This document shows, piece by piece, positions 8,518-17,222 of a stretch of 64,000 nt of DNA. The position numbers and the translations under genes were made by a program. Origin of the DNA: Escherichia phage vB_Eco_ZCEC15. Under the pieces are notes generated by a model. It saw nothing but the letters and a program-made list of their open reading frames with translations. It had not been told where the DNA came from and ran no database searches. The stretch lies in the sequence record PQ871103.1. One strand, given 5' to 3'. Each line of letters opens with the position of its first letter. Within the stretch, counting starts at the first letter, position 1.

Positions 8518-8559
8518 ATATACCCCTTTAGTTAGATAAACCTATTTATAACTTTTGCA

Positions 8560-9141
8560 CTAACCGAGCTTTTTAGTTAATTCATTCCAATGTTTTCTAC
8601 ACAAAGAAACATAAATTTCATCACCAATACAGATTTGATTACCTTCTTTAACTGGTGTTCCATCTTCCATTAATCGAGCTGTCATAATAGCTTTTTTACC
8701 ACAATGACAAACTGCCTTTAGTTCAATAAGTTTATCTGCAATCGCCAAAAGTTCTTTAGAACCTTCAAATAATTTTCCAGCGAAATCAGTCCTTAGTCCA
8801 TAAGCCATAACAGGAACATTATATGTATCAACAATTCGGCTTAATTGATGCACCTGTTCAGTTTTTAAAAACTGGGCTTCATCTACAAATACACAATGAA
8901 TATCTTTTTGTGCTTCAGCCCATTTATAGAACTCAAAAATATCCATATCATCCGTAATAATATTCGCTTCCTGCTTAATTCCAATGCGAGAAACGACTTC
9001 ACAGACAGAATCACGAGTATCAATAGCAGGCTTAAGAACTAATACACCCATTCCGCGTTCTTTATAATTATGTGCAGCAGTCAAAAGAGAAGCAGATTTT
9101 CCAGCATTCATTGCTGCGTAAGTAAAAATTAAACTCGCCAT
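8560..9141 (-). CDS. tk: thymidine kinase
   Basis: 193 aa; P-loop AAMNAGKS and C-terminal Cys cluster CHCG...C..C typical of thymidine kinase; T4 synteny. Confidence 0.95.
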   Translation of the reverse strand: MASLIFTYAAMNAGKSASLLTAAHNYKERGMGVLVLKPAIDTRDSVCEVVSRIGIKQEANIITDDMDIFEFYKWAEAQKDIHCVFVDEAQFLKTEQVHQLSRIVDTYNVPVMAYGLRTDFAGKLFEGSKELLAIADKLIELKAVCHCGKKAIMTARLMEDGTPVKEGNQICIGDEIYVSLCRKHWNELTKKLG

Positions 9142-9150
9142 ATCACCTTC

Positions 9151-9336
9151 TTAAAGCGTATTCACATAAGCTATTAATTCATTTTCTTTCTTATCAAACC
9201 GATCAGCAAATTCTTCCTGCTGTTCGGGAGATAGCGGGCCATATTCATCATAAAAGGTGTTTGCTTCTGTATGCTCATCTAGAAGTTCATGGATAAGCTC
9301 AAACAATTTATCTTTTTGTTCTTTACTCAGACTCAT
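9151..9336 (-). CDS. hypothetical acidic small protein (61 aa)
   Basis: ORF downstream-adjacent to tk on the map (tk.1 position). Confidence 0.5.
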   Translation of the reverse strand: MSLSKEQKDKLFELIHELLDEHTEANTFYDEYGPLSPEQQEEFADRFDKKENELIAYVNTL

Positions 9337-9506
9337 ATATTAATTTCCAGGAGTTTTAAAATAATTCGCTTTTGCTTAAATATTTCCATAGTTAAATGAC
9401 CAGTATCTTTTTGACCGATTCCAATGGCAAAACCTTTATTGACAGCGAGTTCAATTAAATTATCAAGCTCACATAACACTTCATATTGTAACTCAAAACT
9501 ATTCAT
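9333..9506 (-). CDS. possible small protein (57 aa)
   Basis: Unlisted ORF; ATGA overlaps with both neighbours suggest translational coupling. Confidence 0.4.
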   Translation of the reverse strand: MNSFELQYEVLCELDNLIELAVNKGFAIGIGQKDTGHLTMEIFKQKRIILKLLEINI

Positions 9507-9730
9507 TTTGGTTTACCTTCTTTAACGAAATCGGGATAAGGATAAAATCCTGAATAAAATCCTTCACCTTTATGATTGATGCATCCTTTATTAGAACAAT
9601 AGCACCAATAATCGAAATCACAAGCCATTTCATCATTACATAAAGCAAAAACAACTGGCCATTCACACTTTTCGCAGTGGGCATTTTTAAGAATACTTGT
9701 TTGGCTCATAACCATGTAACCTTTAAACAA
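9503..9730 (-). CDS. Cys-rich small protein (75 aa)
   Basis: ORF with multiple Cys/His (CEKCEW...CDFDYWCYCSNKGCINH), possible zinc-binding. Confidence 0.45.
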   Translation of the reverse strand: MFKGYMVMSQTSILKNAHCEKCEWPVVFALCNDEMACDFDYWCYCSNKGCINHKGEGFYSGFYPYPDFVKEGKPK

Positions 9731-9918
9731 TATTCTTCTACGTGTTGTTTACGACCTTTCTTATCAATAAAGGTATATTCAACGAATGTTCCAATATAGT
9801 CTTTATCTACACCATGTGGACTATTAATTGGGCATTTAGTACGGCAAATGCGTTCCCATTGACGAATAATTTCCACTTTGTTTTTAGGATCAAACGGATG
9901 CGGGTAATGTACTTTCAT
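9706..9918 (-). CDS. hypothetical small protein (70 aa)
   Basis: ORF in tk-vs interval. Confidence 0.45.
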   Translation of the reverse strand: MKVHYPHPFDPKNKVEIIRQWERICRTKCPINSPHGVDKDYIGTFVEYTFIDKKGRKQHVEEYCLKVTWL

Positions 9919-10369
9919 AATCCACCACTATTAAATCAATATCAGGAGTAAACATGTCGATTAATTTAGAAACCTTATCCCAATCGCCGCCAGCAATACC
10001 GCAACCTATACGTGGAATGTAAATTACTGGTTTAAACAAAAGGGTTTCTGCCTGTAGATTTAATTCTATCATGCAGTTTACTAAAGCACCATAATCAAGA
10101 TTAGGACCCGGTTCGTATTGTGTATACAGGTTATAGCATATACCAAATCCCGTAGGACTATGTTTAAAAACAATAGACATATCGCCTAATTTATCACGAG
10201 AACCGTACTCGGTAGTGGTTTTATCTATTTCTAAAATTTTGGGATAGGCTCTTGCTAATTGACCCGCTACGCCAGAGCCCATTGTGTGGAAGCAATTGCA
10301 CCCGTGCGCAATAATATTACCTTGAAGAAATAGGGCGACAATATCGCCCTTGATATATTTTACAATCAT
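9890..10369 (-). CDS. macro domain protein, TARG1/OARD1-like (159 aa)
   Basis: Motifs YIKGDI, HGCNCFHTMGSGVAGQ and IPRIGCGIAGG align with TARG1-type macrodomain blocks as recalled. Confidence 0.75.
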   Translation of the reverse strand: MIVKYIKGDIVALFLQGNIIAHGCNCFHTMGSGVAGQLARAYPKILEIDKTTTEYGSRDKLGDMSIVFKHSPTGFGICYNLYTQYEPGPNLDYGALVNCMIELNLQAETLLFKPVIYIPRIGCGIAGGDWDKVSKLIDMFTPDIDLIVVDYESTLPASV

Positions 10370-10713
10370 CTAGTACTCAATCCTCGATTATAAGAATCTA
10401 CTAAACGGTCAACCATTGAATGACAAGCGGCTTTATCTTTCTCCTCCGCAACTGAACATTCTAAGGTATTCCACTTTTTAGCATATCGTTTTAACAATGT
10501 ATCATTTTTGTATCTGCTTGATTTATCTCTTTCTCCGTCTTTATATGCATATATTAATTTCTGCGCAAATTCAGCTTGGCATGCTTTATTTTTCCCACAA
10601 TAATCCGCGGCAGTACGGTTTACATACTCTCTAATTTCAGTATATGATGTATCTGCTAACGCAGAAGCAGAAAATGAAATTAATCCTATACATAAAACCA
10701 AAATTTTAGTCAT
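10366..10713 (-). CDS. secreted small protein (115 aa)
   Basis: Signal-peptide-like N-terminus MTKILVLCIGLISFSASALA; length equals T4 vs but identity not confirmed. Confidence 0.55.
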   Translation of the reverse strand: MTKILVLCIGLISFSASALADTSYTEIREYVNRTAADYCGKNKACQAEFAQKLIYAYKDGERDKSSRYKNDTLLKRYAKKWNTLECSVAEEKDKAACHSMVDRLVDSYNRGLSTR

Positions 10714-11251
10714 TTACTATTTCCAAAAGTTTATTATTTTTAAGGTAATTAGCCTTTTCTAGGACTTCAGAAGCATATTTAGAACCTGCTTTAACATTCC
10801 ATCCCGAATTATAAGAGGATATCGCCTTTCTTATATCGCCCTTATGTATATTTAACCAATAAGAAAGTTCAATGTACGCCCAGGAAGCTGAATTGGACCG
10901 TTTATTCAACATTCTTTTTATTTCAGCATCGGTCATATTATAACCAAGTTCCTTAACTCTTGCTCGCATAGTAGGCAAATAATTTTGGAACATTCCATAG
11001 GCATGATGCTTTGGTTTAGATTTTAAATTAACTCCGGCAGAGCTTTCTTGCCATAAAATAGCAGCCATTATATGACCCAATCCGCTCTTGTGGATATTTT
11101 TGTGTGTTTTATATTTTCCATCCTTAGAAAATTGTTCCCCGAATTGATACGCGTAACGCATGTTATCGAGTTGGACATTACTGAAAGTATGCTCGGAGCT
11201 ATGCGCCATCATTGAAATGGCCAATAGACCAGCGAGTAGTGCTTTTCTCAT
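10706..11251 (-). CDS. secreted lytic-transglycosylase-like protein (181 aa)
   Basis: Signal peptide MRKALLAGLLAISMMAHS; SLT-like catalytic block ILWQESSAG...YGMFQ. Confidence 0.65.
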   Translation of the reverse strand: MRKALLAGLLAISMMAHSSEHTFSNVQLDNMRYAYQFGEQFSKDGKYKTHKNIHKSGLGHIMAAILWQESSAGVNLKSKPKHHAYGMFQNYLPTMRARVKELGYNMTDAEIKRMLNKRSNSASWAYIELSYWLNIHKGDIRKAISSYNSGWNVKAGSKYASEVLEKANYLKNNKLLEIVND

Positions 11252-11258
11252 GCTTACC

Positions 11259-11720
11259 TCATTGAGTTTTAATTACTGCTTTAGAAGCCTTTCCTGGTAA
11301 ACGACGACTGTTGATAATTGCCATCCTGCATTGAAGCGACGGGTCTTTGAACTTCGCATTAGGTTTACAAACTGTAAATCCAAGCCAAAGATTTCCATCT
11401 GTGATTTCTAAACGTCCAGGGCGATATTCAACCCCATCAATAAAATCCTCGTCAATGTCAGGACGCGGAGGCATACTCAGGAATTCATTAACTTCTAAAA
11501 CATGGTCTTTTATTTTGTGGAATAATTCAAAAACATATGTCTCATCAATCTCCCGTTGAATTGCACGATCAAGAAGATGCTGAGAATATTTTAGATGAAA
11601 CGATGAGACCCCTGCTGCTTTTGATGCCTCACGAATCTCATTGTTAATTTGACGAAACTCCGACTCAAAGTGACGACGAAGCTTATTTCGACGGATAAAA
11701 ACTTCTGTGTTGATAGTCAT
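11259..11720 (-). CDS. regB: probable RegB endoribonuclease
   Basis: 153 aa, same length and map position as T4 regB; sequence identity not independently verified. Confidence 0.55.
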   Translation of the reverse strand: MTINTEVFIRRNKLRRHFESEFRQINNEIREASKAAGVSSFHLKYSQHLLDRAIQREIDETYVFELFHKIKDHVLEVNEFLSMPPRPDIDEDFIDGVEYRPGRLEITDGNLWLGFTVCKPNAKFKDPSLQCRMAIINSRRLPGKASKAVIKTQ

Positions 11721-11779
11721 GTTATTCTCCTCTTAACTGATAGAAAAATTATACCACAGTCAAGAGGAAAAGTAAACAG

Positions 11780-12100
11780 TTATTCTTTAAATCTAATCAA
11801 TTTATTCATAGACTTTGAAACTTCTGCACGGACCTCATGTAGGTTTTTAAGCTGTTCAAGACGCTGCTCATAGTAAGCAATTTCATCTTCTTCGAGACAG
11901 TCCTGTGAATCTTCTTTAAGATAACGTGCATAGTCCTGGAAAGCTTTACGGACTACTTCTTGGAAGTCATCAAGACTTTGAATTTTCTTAGGAGCAACAG
12001 ATACACGACGAGGGGCAGTATAATACTCATAACCAAACCCTGCGCTTAATTGAGCCATTAATATTTTTCCTCTGGTTGGAACACAGCACGACAAGCCCAC
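11780..12100 (-). CDS. hypothetical protein (106 aa)
   Basis: ORF; vs.3 position. Confidence 0.5.
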   Translation of the reverse strand: MGLSCCVPTRGKILMAQLSAGFGYEYYTAPRRVSVAPKKIQSLDDFQEVVRKAFQDYARYLKEDSQDCLEEDEIAYYEQRLEQLKNLHEVRAEVSKSMNKLIRFKE

Positions 12101-12360
12101 ATACTAGCTTCTTTGAGTTTCGTTTTAGCAATAGTTAACTGATCGAGGCTTTCAGCATAATTCTTTGCGAATTCGTAGTCTTCACAATTATCTAGTGCTT
12201 CCCAGAATTCATCATATAAAGCGTCAAAGATAAGTCCTAAACGAACTTCAGCGTCTTTGATAGCATTCACTTTATCGATTTTCTCTTCAGTGTGCGGCTT
12301 ATAACCTTTAATATCTTCAATCATATTTGACTTCCTCGCCCGTTCCCAAATCATATTCAA
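12058..12360 (-). CDS. hypothetical helical protein (100 aa), vs.4 position
   Basis: ORF; fourth gene after the vs/regB block, the position of T4 vs.4 (reported Acb2 locus). Confidence 0.5.
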   Translation of the reverse strand: MNMIWERARKSNMIEDIKGYKPHTEEKIDKVNAIKDAEVRLGLIFDALYDEFWEALDNCEDYEFAKNYAESLDQLTIAKTKLKEASMWACRAVFQPEEKY

Positions 12361-12538
12361 CTAAACGAATAGGTTCATAAATGCCATATCCCTGAACAGA
12401 AATTTCTGTCGTAGGATAAATTCCACTAATATCACCCATATTCCACGCTTCATTAAATTGCTGTTCGCCTGAATTACTAAACCATTCTGCGAAAGCATTT
12501 AACACATCTTTAGAACCTTCAATAATTATCTTTGCCAT
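12317..12538 (-). CDS. hypothetical protein (73 aa)
   Basis: ORF; vs.5 position. Confidence 0.5.
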   Translation of the reverse strand: MAKIIIEGSKDVLNAFAEWFSNSGEQQFNEAWNMGDISGIYPTTEISVQGYGIYEPIRLVEYDLGTGEEVKYD

Positions 12539-12900
12539 TACAAGCTCTCAGTAAAGGTACGAGCGATAACGTCGCGCTGCTGTTCCGGAGTCAGAGAGTT
12601 AAAGCGAACTGCATAACCGGATACACGGATGGTCAGCTGCGGATATTTTTCCGGATGCTTAACTGCATCTTCCAGAGTTTCACGACGCAGAACGTTAACG
12701 TTCAGGTGTTGACCACCTTCAATTTTAACTGTAGGTTGTGGTTCAATTTCAATTTCACGGGTGTGCAAACCGTAGAAAATTTCTGGGTCTACAAAAGAAT
12801 CCTCTTTAAAGGTTTTAGAAACAATAATTCGTGCTTGAATACCATCTTCAAAATAAATAGTACCTTTATGTGTGCCTTCAAGAATTTGATATGCTTTCAT
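12538..12900 (-). CDS. GrcA/YfiD-like autonomous glycyl radical cofactor
   Basis: 120 aa; C-terminal [62 protein letters not shown] with glycyl-radical motif RVSGYAV, near-identical to E. coli GrcA as recalled. Confidence 0.85.
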   Translation of the reverse strand: MKAYQILEGTHKGTIYFEDGIQARIIVSKTFKEDSFVDPEIFYGLHTREIEIEPQPTVKIEGGQHLNVNVLRRETLEDAVKHPEKYPQLTIRVSGYAVRFNSLTPEQQRDVIARTFTESL

Positions 12901-12906
12901 ATAACC

Positions 12907-13287
12907 TCAATTAGAAAATAAATTTATCCAAGATTGTTCTTTAATTAAAAATGGCTCAGAATCGTATGCCATTAAACTTTGGGTGATTAGTCCTTTAAAA
13001 GGTCCATCAATAAATTCCATGGTAAAATATGGAATTTTATTCATTAATCTTGCATTAGGAGCAGTACACAAAACTCTGCATCCTTTGAATACACCTTTTT
13101 GCAATTTGTATTGCTTAGGATAAAATTCGCTCAAGACGTTGTTATTTGCCAAAATTTCAAAATGATTCACCAATTTATTTTTAATAGTTTTTGGCGAAAA
13201 ATAAAGATATTCGAAAAGCTGTGTGTCTGTCATCATTGCATTCCGATTACGAAAAACTGCGGACGAGTAATACCACCAATGCAACAT
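12907..13287 (-). CDS. hypothetical protein (~126 aa)
   Basis: ORF; start uncertain. Confidence 0.45.
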   Translation of the reverse strand: MLHWWYYSSAVFRNRNAMMTDTQLFEYLYFSPKTIKNKLVNHFEILANNNVLSEFYPKQYKLQKGVFKGCRVLCTAPNARLMNKIPYFTMEFIDGPFKGLITQSLMAYDSEPFLIKEQSWINLFSN

Positions 13288-13823
13288 TTACTATTACAGC
13301 AGTGTTGCACAGTTTCAATATGAATATCGTAAATTTTATCCATATCAGGAGATTTAACAGGCTCATCGATTATATACAAAATTCGCGAAAGAGATAAACC
13401 TCTGAACTTGCTTCCTTTATTACCGATAAAACTACGGACAGAATCAGTAAATAAACGGAATCGAATATCATCGCTAGAATAACGAGAAAATTCTTTTTTA
13501 ATGTGGTCCGCAGAAATTTTAGCGTAAGATGAAGTATTAGAAAGAACAATAACTGTTCCACCGTCATACAACCAATTAGCAGCAAAGTTAGTCACAGCAA
13601 TTGATTTACCGGATTGACGTCCACCATCTAGTCGAAGTGTGCAGTATTCTTTAAATAAATGTGGCGAATCAGGTACATAAAATCCACTATTACAAATTTC
13701 TTCTACTCTAGCATCAGAATGGTGTGTAAAAGCATTCATCAGGGATAGATAAGGACCAGTTAAAAATGTTCTCATTTTGTTATCTCTAAATTTGGGCCAT
13801 TCCATGGCGCATGAATTTTCCAT
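13233..13823 (-). CDS. P-loop NTPase, terminase-ATPase-like (~196 aa)
   Basis: Walker A GGRQSGKS and Walker B ILYIIDE, similar layout to gp17 N-terminal ATPase in this window (SRQLGKTT...MIYIDE); start uncertain. Confidence 0.5.
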   Translation of the reverse strand: MENSCAMEWPKFRDNKMRTFLTGPYLSLMNAFTHHSDARVEEICNSGFYVPDSPHLFKEYCTLRLDGGRQSGKSIAVTNFAANWLYDGGTVIVLSNTSSYAKISADHIKKEFSRYSSDDIRFRLFTDSVRSFIGNKGSKFRGLSLSRILYIIDEPVKSPDMDKIYDIHIETVQHCCNSKCCIGGITRPQFFVIGMQ

Positions 13824-13920
13824 TTCTGTATTTACCCATTACCGCACTTGGGCTCGACCTTATTACAGGTTGGCGGGAATCCCTCATAGAATCATGAGGT
13901 CCAGCTTGTTCCCATGTTAT

Positions 13921-14337
13921 TTAAATGTAAATATTTTTGCCGTAATACTTATACCAGTGTGGCTTCATTAAAATTTTTTCATCGAGTCGTTGTTGACTCA
14001 ACTTAATAGCTGATTTGCATGGATTATAATCATTTTTCCATTCTACTGGAATATCGCTGATGTCAGGAACTTCAGTATCTTTTATACTGAACCCGCGTTT
14101 TAAGCATTCCGTTATAATGTCCGATTGACGCTTTCGCAAAAATTCTAACTTATCATAAAAGAACGTAACATGACCAGAACCTAAAATAAACTCGGAAGAT
14201 ATTTTAAAATCTTTAACCCGCTTACCATTTGCTACATGTTTACGAACTATACCAAAAACACGCGGCAATTCACGGTATTCTGCGATTAAATGTTGATCAG
14301 CAAGTTCAGATACTAAAGTCAAATTAATACGAGTCAT
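13921..14337 (-). CDS. denV: endonuclease V (pyrimidine dimer DNA glycosylase)
   Basis: 138 aa; [17 protein letters not shown]...[11 protein letters not shown] matches T4 DenV; early promoter and GGAGG RBS upstream. Confidence 0.95.
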   Translation of the reverse strand: MTRINLTLVSELADQHLIAEYRELPRVFGIVRKHVANGKRVKDFKISSEFILGSGHVTFFYDKLEFLRKRQSDIITECLKRGFSIKDTEVPDISDIPVEWKNDYNPCKSAIKLSQQRLDEKILMKPHWYKYYGKNIYI

Positions 14338-14362
14338 TTTATCCCTCCAAGCAATTGTGAAT

Positions 14363-14392
14363 ATACTATCACAATTCTAGGAGAAAGTAAAC
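14363..14392 (-). promoter_or_regulatory. T4-type early promoter (denV)
   Basis: AAAGTTGTTTAC-N18-TAGTAT upstream of denV RBS GGAGG. Confidence 0.6.
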
Positions 14393-14396
14393 AACT

Positions 14397-14927
<531 letters not shown>

Positions 14928-15368
14928 TTAAAAGAGGCTGTTCATTATTCGGTAAAGTGAAGGGCCCATCACATATTGCCACTGAGTACGAGGAATAAGA
15001 GCAAAAGCATCCATCTCTGGAATCATAACGCCATCTTTATTTTCAAAATAAGACTCGCAATGGCAATTTCTAAACATCTCATGCTCTACTGGAATCGTAT
15101 AATAAAATAACTGTAAGTCTTTATTACTAGAATATTTAAATACACCTAAGTCTTCTAGAAGGTCTGGATTATAATTGCTAAAGCCAGTCTCTTCTAAGCA
15201 TTCTCTTCGTGCTGCATCTAGTGCGCTTAAATCAGAACTTTCTACACGCCCCTTTGGAATATCCCAGCGATGTGCCATCATTCCATGTTTACGAGAACCA
15301 GTAACTCGTCCCATAAATAAATCTTTATCTTCTGTCATAAAGATAATACCAGCTGATAGTGTTTTCAT
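14928..15368 (-). CDS. nudE: Nudix hydrolase
   Basis: Nudix box GRVESSDLSALDAARRECLEETGF; start adjusted to ATG 15366-15368 after AGGAAA (track start 15383 lacks RBS). Confidence 0.85.
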   Translation of the reverse strand: MKTLSAGIIFMTEDKDLFMGRVTGSRKHGMMAHRWDIPKGRVESSDLSALDAARRECLEETGFSNYNPDLLEDLGVFKYSSNKDLQLFYYTIPVEHEMFRNCHCESYFENKDGVMIPEMDAFALIPRTQWQYVMGPSLYRIMNSLF

Positions 15369-15853
15369 TTTAATTTCCTGCATTCAGTGATAAAATTATT
15401 TAAATTTTGAGCATATTTCTTTTCATCAAAAATCTTTTGTTGTCTGCGCATCCGCCATGGCATTTCAATGAACATGTACCATATTCCTGATAATATTGAT
15501 GCTGTAAAAATATTAACAAGTATGGTTAAAAGAATCCAATCTCCTATTCTGTCCATTGGATTTTTTATAAAAAAGTAAAATACGAATGATGACACAGGAA
15601 GACTAATGATATACCACAGAATCATAATCTTATCTGTGAACCATTCAGCATTCGTTAACTTAGCACGACCATTATGAATACACACGAATTTATCATCTGT
15701 TACAGTAGATGGCTTAACTGCTTGATATCCCATTCTAAACTCCCTAATTAATCGTTTCTTTGTATCTTCAGAACAGCCGCTCCAGTCAACTCTATCAACT
15801 GAAATGCCATCGTCCCCATCATCTAAATCATACCAGTGAGTTTTTAAAATCAT
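15365..15853 (-). CDS. membrane protein (162 aa), e.2-position family member
   Basis: Two hydrophobic helices; C-terminal FITECRKLK motif shared with neighbours; ATGA coupling. Confidence 0.55.
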   Translation of the reverse strand: MILKTHWYDLDDGDDGISVDRVDWSGCSEDTKKRLIREFRMGYQAVKPSTVTDDKFVCIHNGRAKLTNAEWFTDKIMILWYIISLPVSSFVFYFFIKNPMDRIGDWILLTILVNIFTASILSGIWYMFIEMPWRMRRQQKIFDEKKYAQNLNNFITECRKLK

Positions 15854-16224
15854 TTAATTTTCCTACAATCACTCACAAACTCTTCCATTGATTCTTTTTC
15901 AATATAAGACATATAGCTATTATATTCCTTTAATTGTATTTTGTAATCCTTTTTTCTTTGCCAATTTATTTTAAAATTATCATAATGAAAATATAACACG
16001 GTACCAAAGAATGAAAATAATGAAATTGCTATAGTATAATGAAGTTCACTCCAAACTTCTATTATATCTACTATACCGCTGACGTTACTGCGGATGTTTA
16101 AAATAAAACAGTCAATTAACAATCCAATAAAACTACCCGCAAGAGCTGCAGCCAATGCCACAGCAAAAATTGAAAATGACTCAGAAAAAGAATATTTGAC
16201 TTTATTTAGTTTTGGCTTTTGCAT
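15850..16224 (-). CDS. membrane protein (124 aa), family member
   Basis: Two hydrophobic helices; C-terminal FVSDCRKIK. Confidence 0.55.
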   Translation of the reverse strand: MQKPKLNKVKYSFSESFSIFAVALAAALAGSFIGLLIDCFILNIRSNVSGIVDIIEVWSELHYTIAISLFSFFGTVLYFHYDNFKINWQRKKDYKIQLKEYNSYMSYIEKESMEEFVSDCRKIK

Positions 16225-16619
16225 CGTGATTCCTTAACAAATTTCATAATTTCATCAAATTCATACATATCTAGCTTAAGCTGGTGTTCCTTTTTAATCT
16301 TTTTACACTGAGCTTTCCAATCACGTACGCGTTTACGATAATGCCTTCCTTGATACCAGTATCCTACCCAATTTACGGGTACTAATAAAAGTGGAACTAT
16401 TAATGGAAGAATTAGCATTAACACAAGTATTTCGCCAGAATCAATATCAGTCATAACATCTAAAACACCTCCAATAATCAATAGAATTACAAATGATATG
16501 AGTATAACAGGACCTATTAACACATCAGTAGAAATTATCTGACGCTTTGGTTCATACTTCAACGGTTTACTTGGAAGGTATAGTGATGGCTTTGACATAT
16601 TCTCTACATTCCTTAACAA
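16206..16619 (-). CDS. membrane protein (137 aa), family member
   Basis: Two hydrophobic helices; C-terminal FVKESRCK. Confidence 0.55.
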   Translation of the reverse strand: MLRNVENMSKPSLYLPSKPLKYEPKRQIISTDVLIGPVILISFVILLIIGGVLDVMTDIDSGEILVLMLILPLIVPLLLVPVNWVGYWYQGRHYRKRVRDWKAQCKKIKKEHQLKLDMYEFDEIMKFVKESRCKSQN

Positions 16620-17181
16620 ATTTTTCTAATAATAAATCGCTTTCAAAATTGGGATTTTCTACGAATTTATCAAAAAGATCATCAACAATAGTTAAGATAT
16701 TCTTTTTACTAAGAATACGCTTATTTTCATATTTTGTTTCAGAGTCAACTATAAGAGTAAAGAAATATTTCTTTCCCTGAAATTTTACCGTAGTATCAAT
16801 ATAAAATAAATTTGATTTTTGTAAATTACGTTTAAACCATGCATCACTTAAACTATAAACGCCAAGATAATCATAATCGTCGTTTAAATAACAAACCGTC
16901 CATTCAGGAGAAATGAAATCAGTAAATTCAACATCAAAATCACACGTCAATGAATGAATTGATTCAATACTGTTAATAAGTATTCCAGGACGTATTAAAG
17001 ACTTTTTACCTCTAGAAAATCTTCCGGAAAGACTTTCATCAGTTTCATATGAAGACCCCCAATAGTAATTACGTCCTTCTGCCATACGTTTAAGAGCATT
17101 TAGTAATTGGTCTGGAACATCAACCTGTCTTTGGAACTCTTCAAACATTGAATTGAAATCACTTTGCATTTTCATTTTCAT
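16567..17181 (-). CDS. hypothetical soluble protein (204 aa)
   Basis: ORF; C-terminal FVKECREYV resembles the motif of the three downstream membrane proteins. Confidence 0.55.
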   Translation of the reverse strand: MKMKMQSDFNSMFEEFQRQVDVPDQLLNALKRMAEGRNYYWGSSYETDESLSGRFSRGKKSLIRPGILINSIESIHSLTCDFDVEFTDFISPEWTVCYLNDDYDYLGVYSLSDAWFKRNLQKSNLFYIDTTVKFQGKKYFFTLIVDSETKYENKRILSKKNILTIVDDLFDKFVENPNFESDLLLEKFVKECREYVKAITIPSK

Positions 17182-17198
17182 TCCTATTTACTCCAAGT

Positions 17199-17220
17199 AT
17201 AAGGGGCCGAAGCCCCTTAT
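17199..17220 (-). terminator. GC hairpin (terminator or RNA-stabilising element)
   Basis: AAGGGGC-TTCG-GCCCCTT; the same 19-mer recurs at 58707-58725. Confidence 0.45.
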
Positions 17221-17222
17221 CA

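Noticed and set aside
13370-13585. 71-aa ORF nested in a different frame on the same strand within the 196-aa P-loop gene
   Set aside because: Nested alternative frame without independent start signals; the longer frame carries the Walker motifs.
15365-16224. Treating the shared ECRK C-termini of the membrane proteins as proof of paralogy
   Set aside because: Part of the identity arises from overlapping RBS/start sequences of the next gene (for example TGCAGGAAATTAAAATG), so the motif alone is not conclusive; kept as a lower-confidence finding.
17199-17220. GGGGCCGAAGCCCC-type hairpins (17199, 49119, 58707, 62741) as a mobile repeat family
   Set aside because: Short GC hairpins with stable tetraloops are generic terminator or RNA-stability elements in T4-like phages; the copies sit at gene ends and are too short to call a mobile element.
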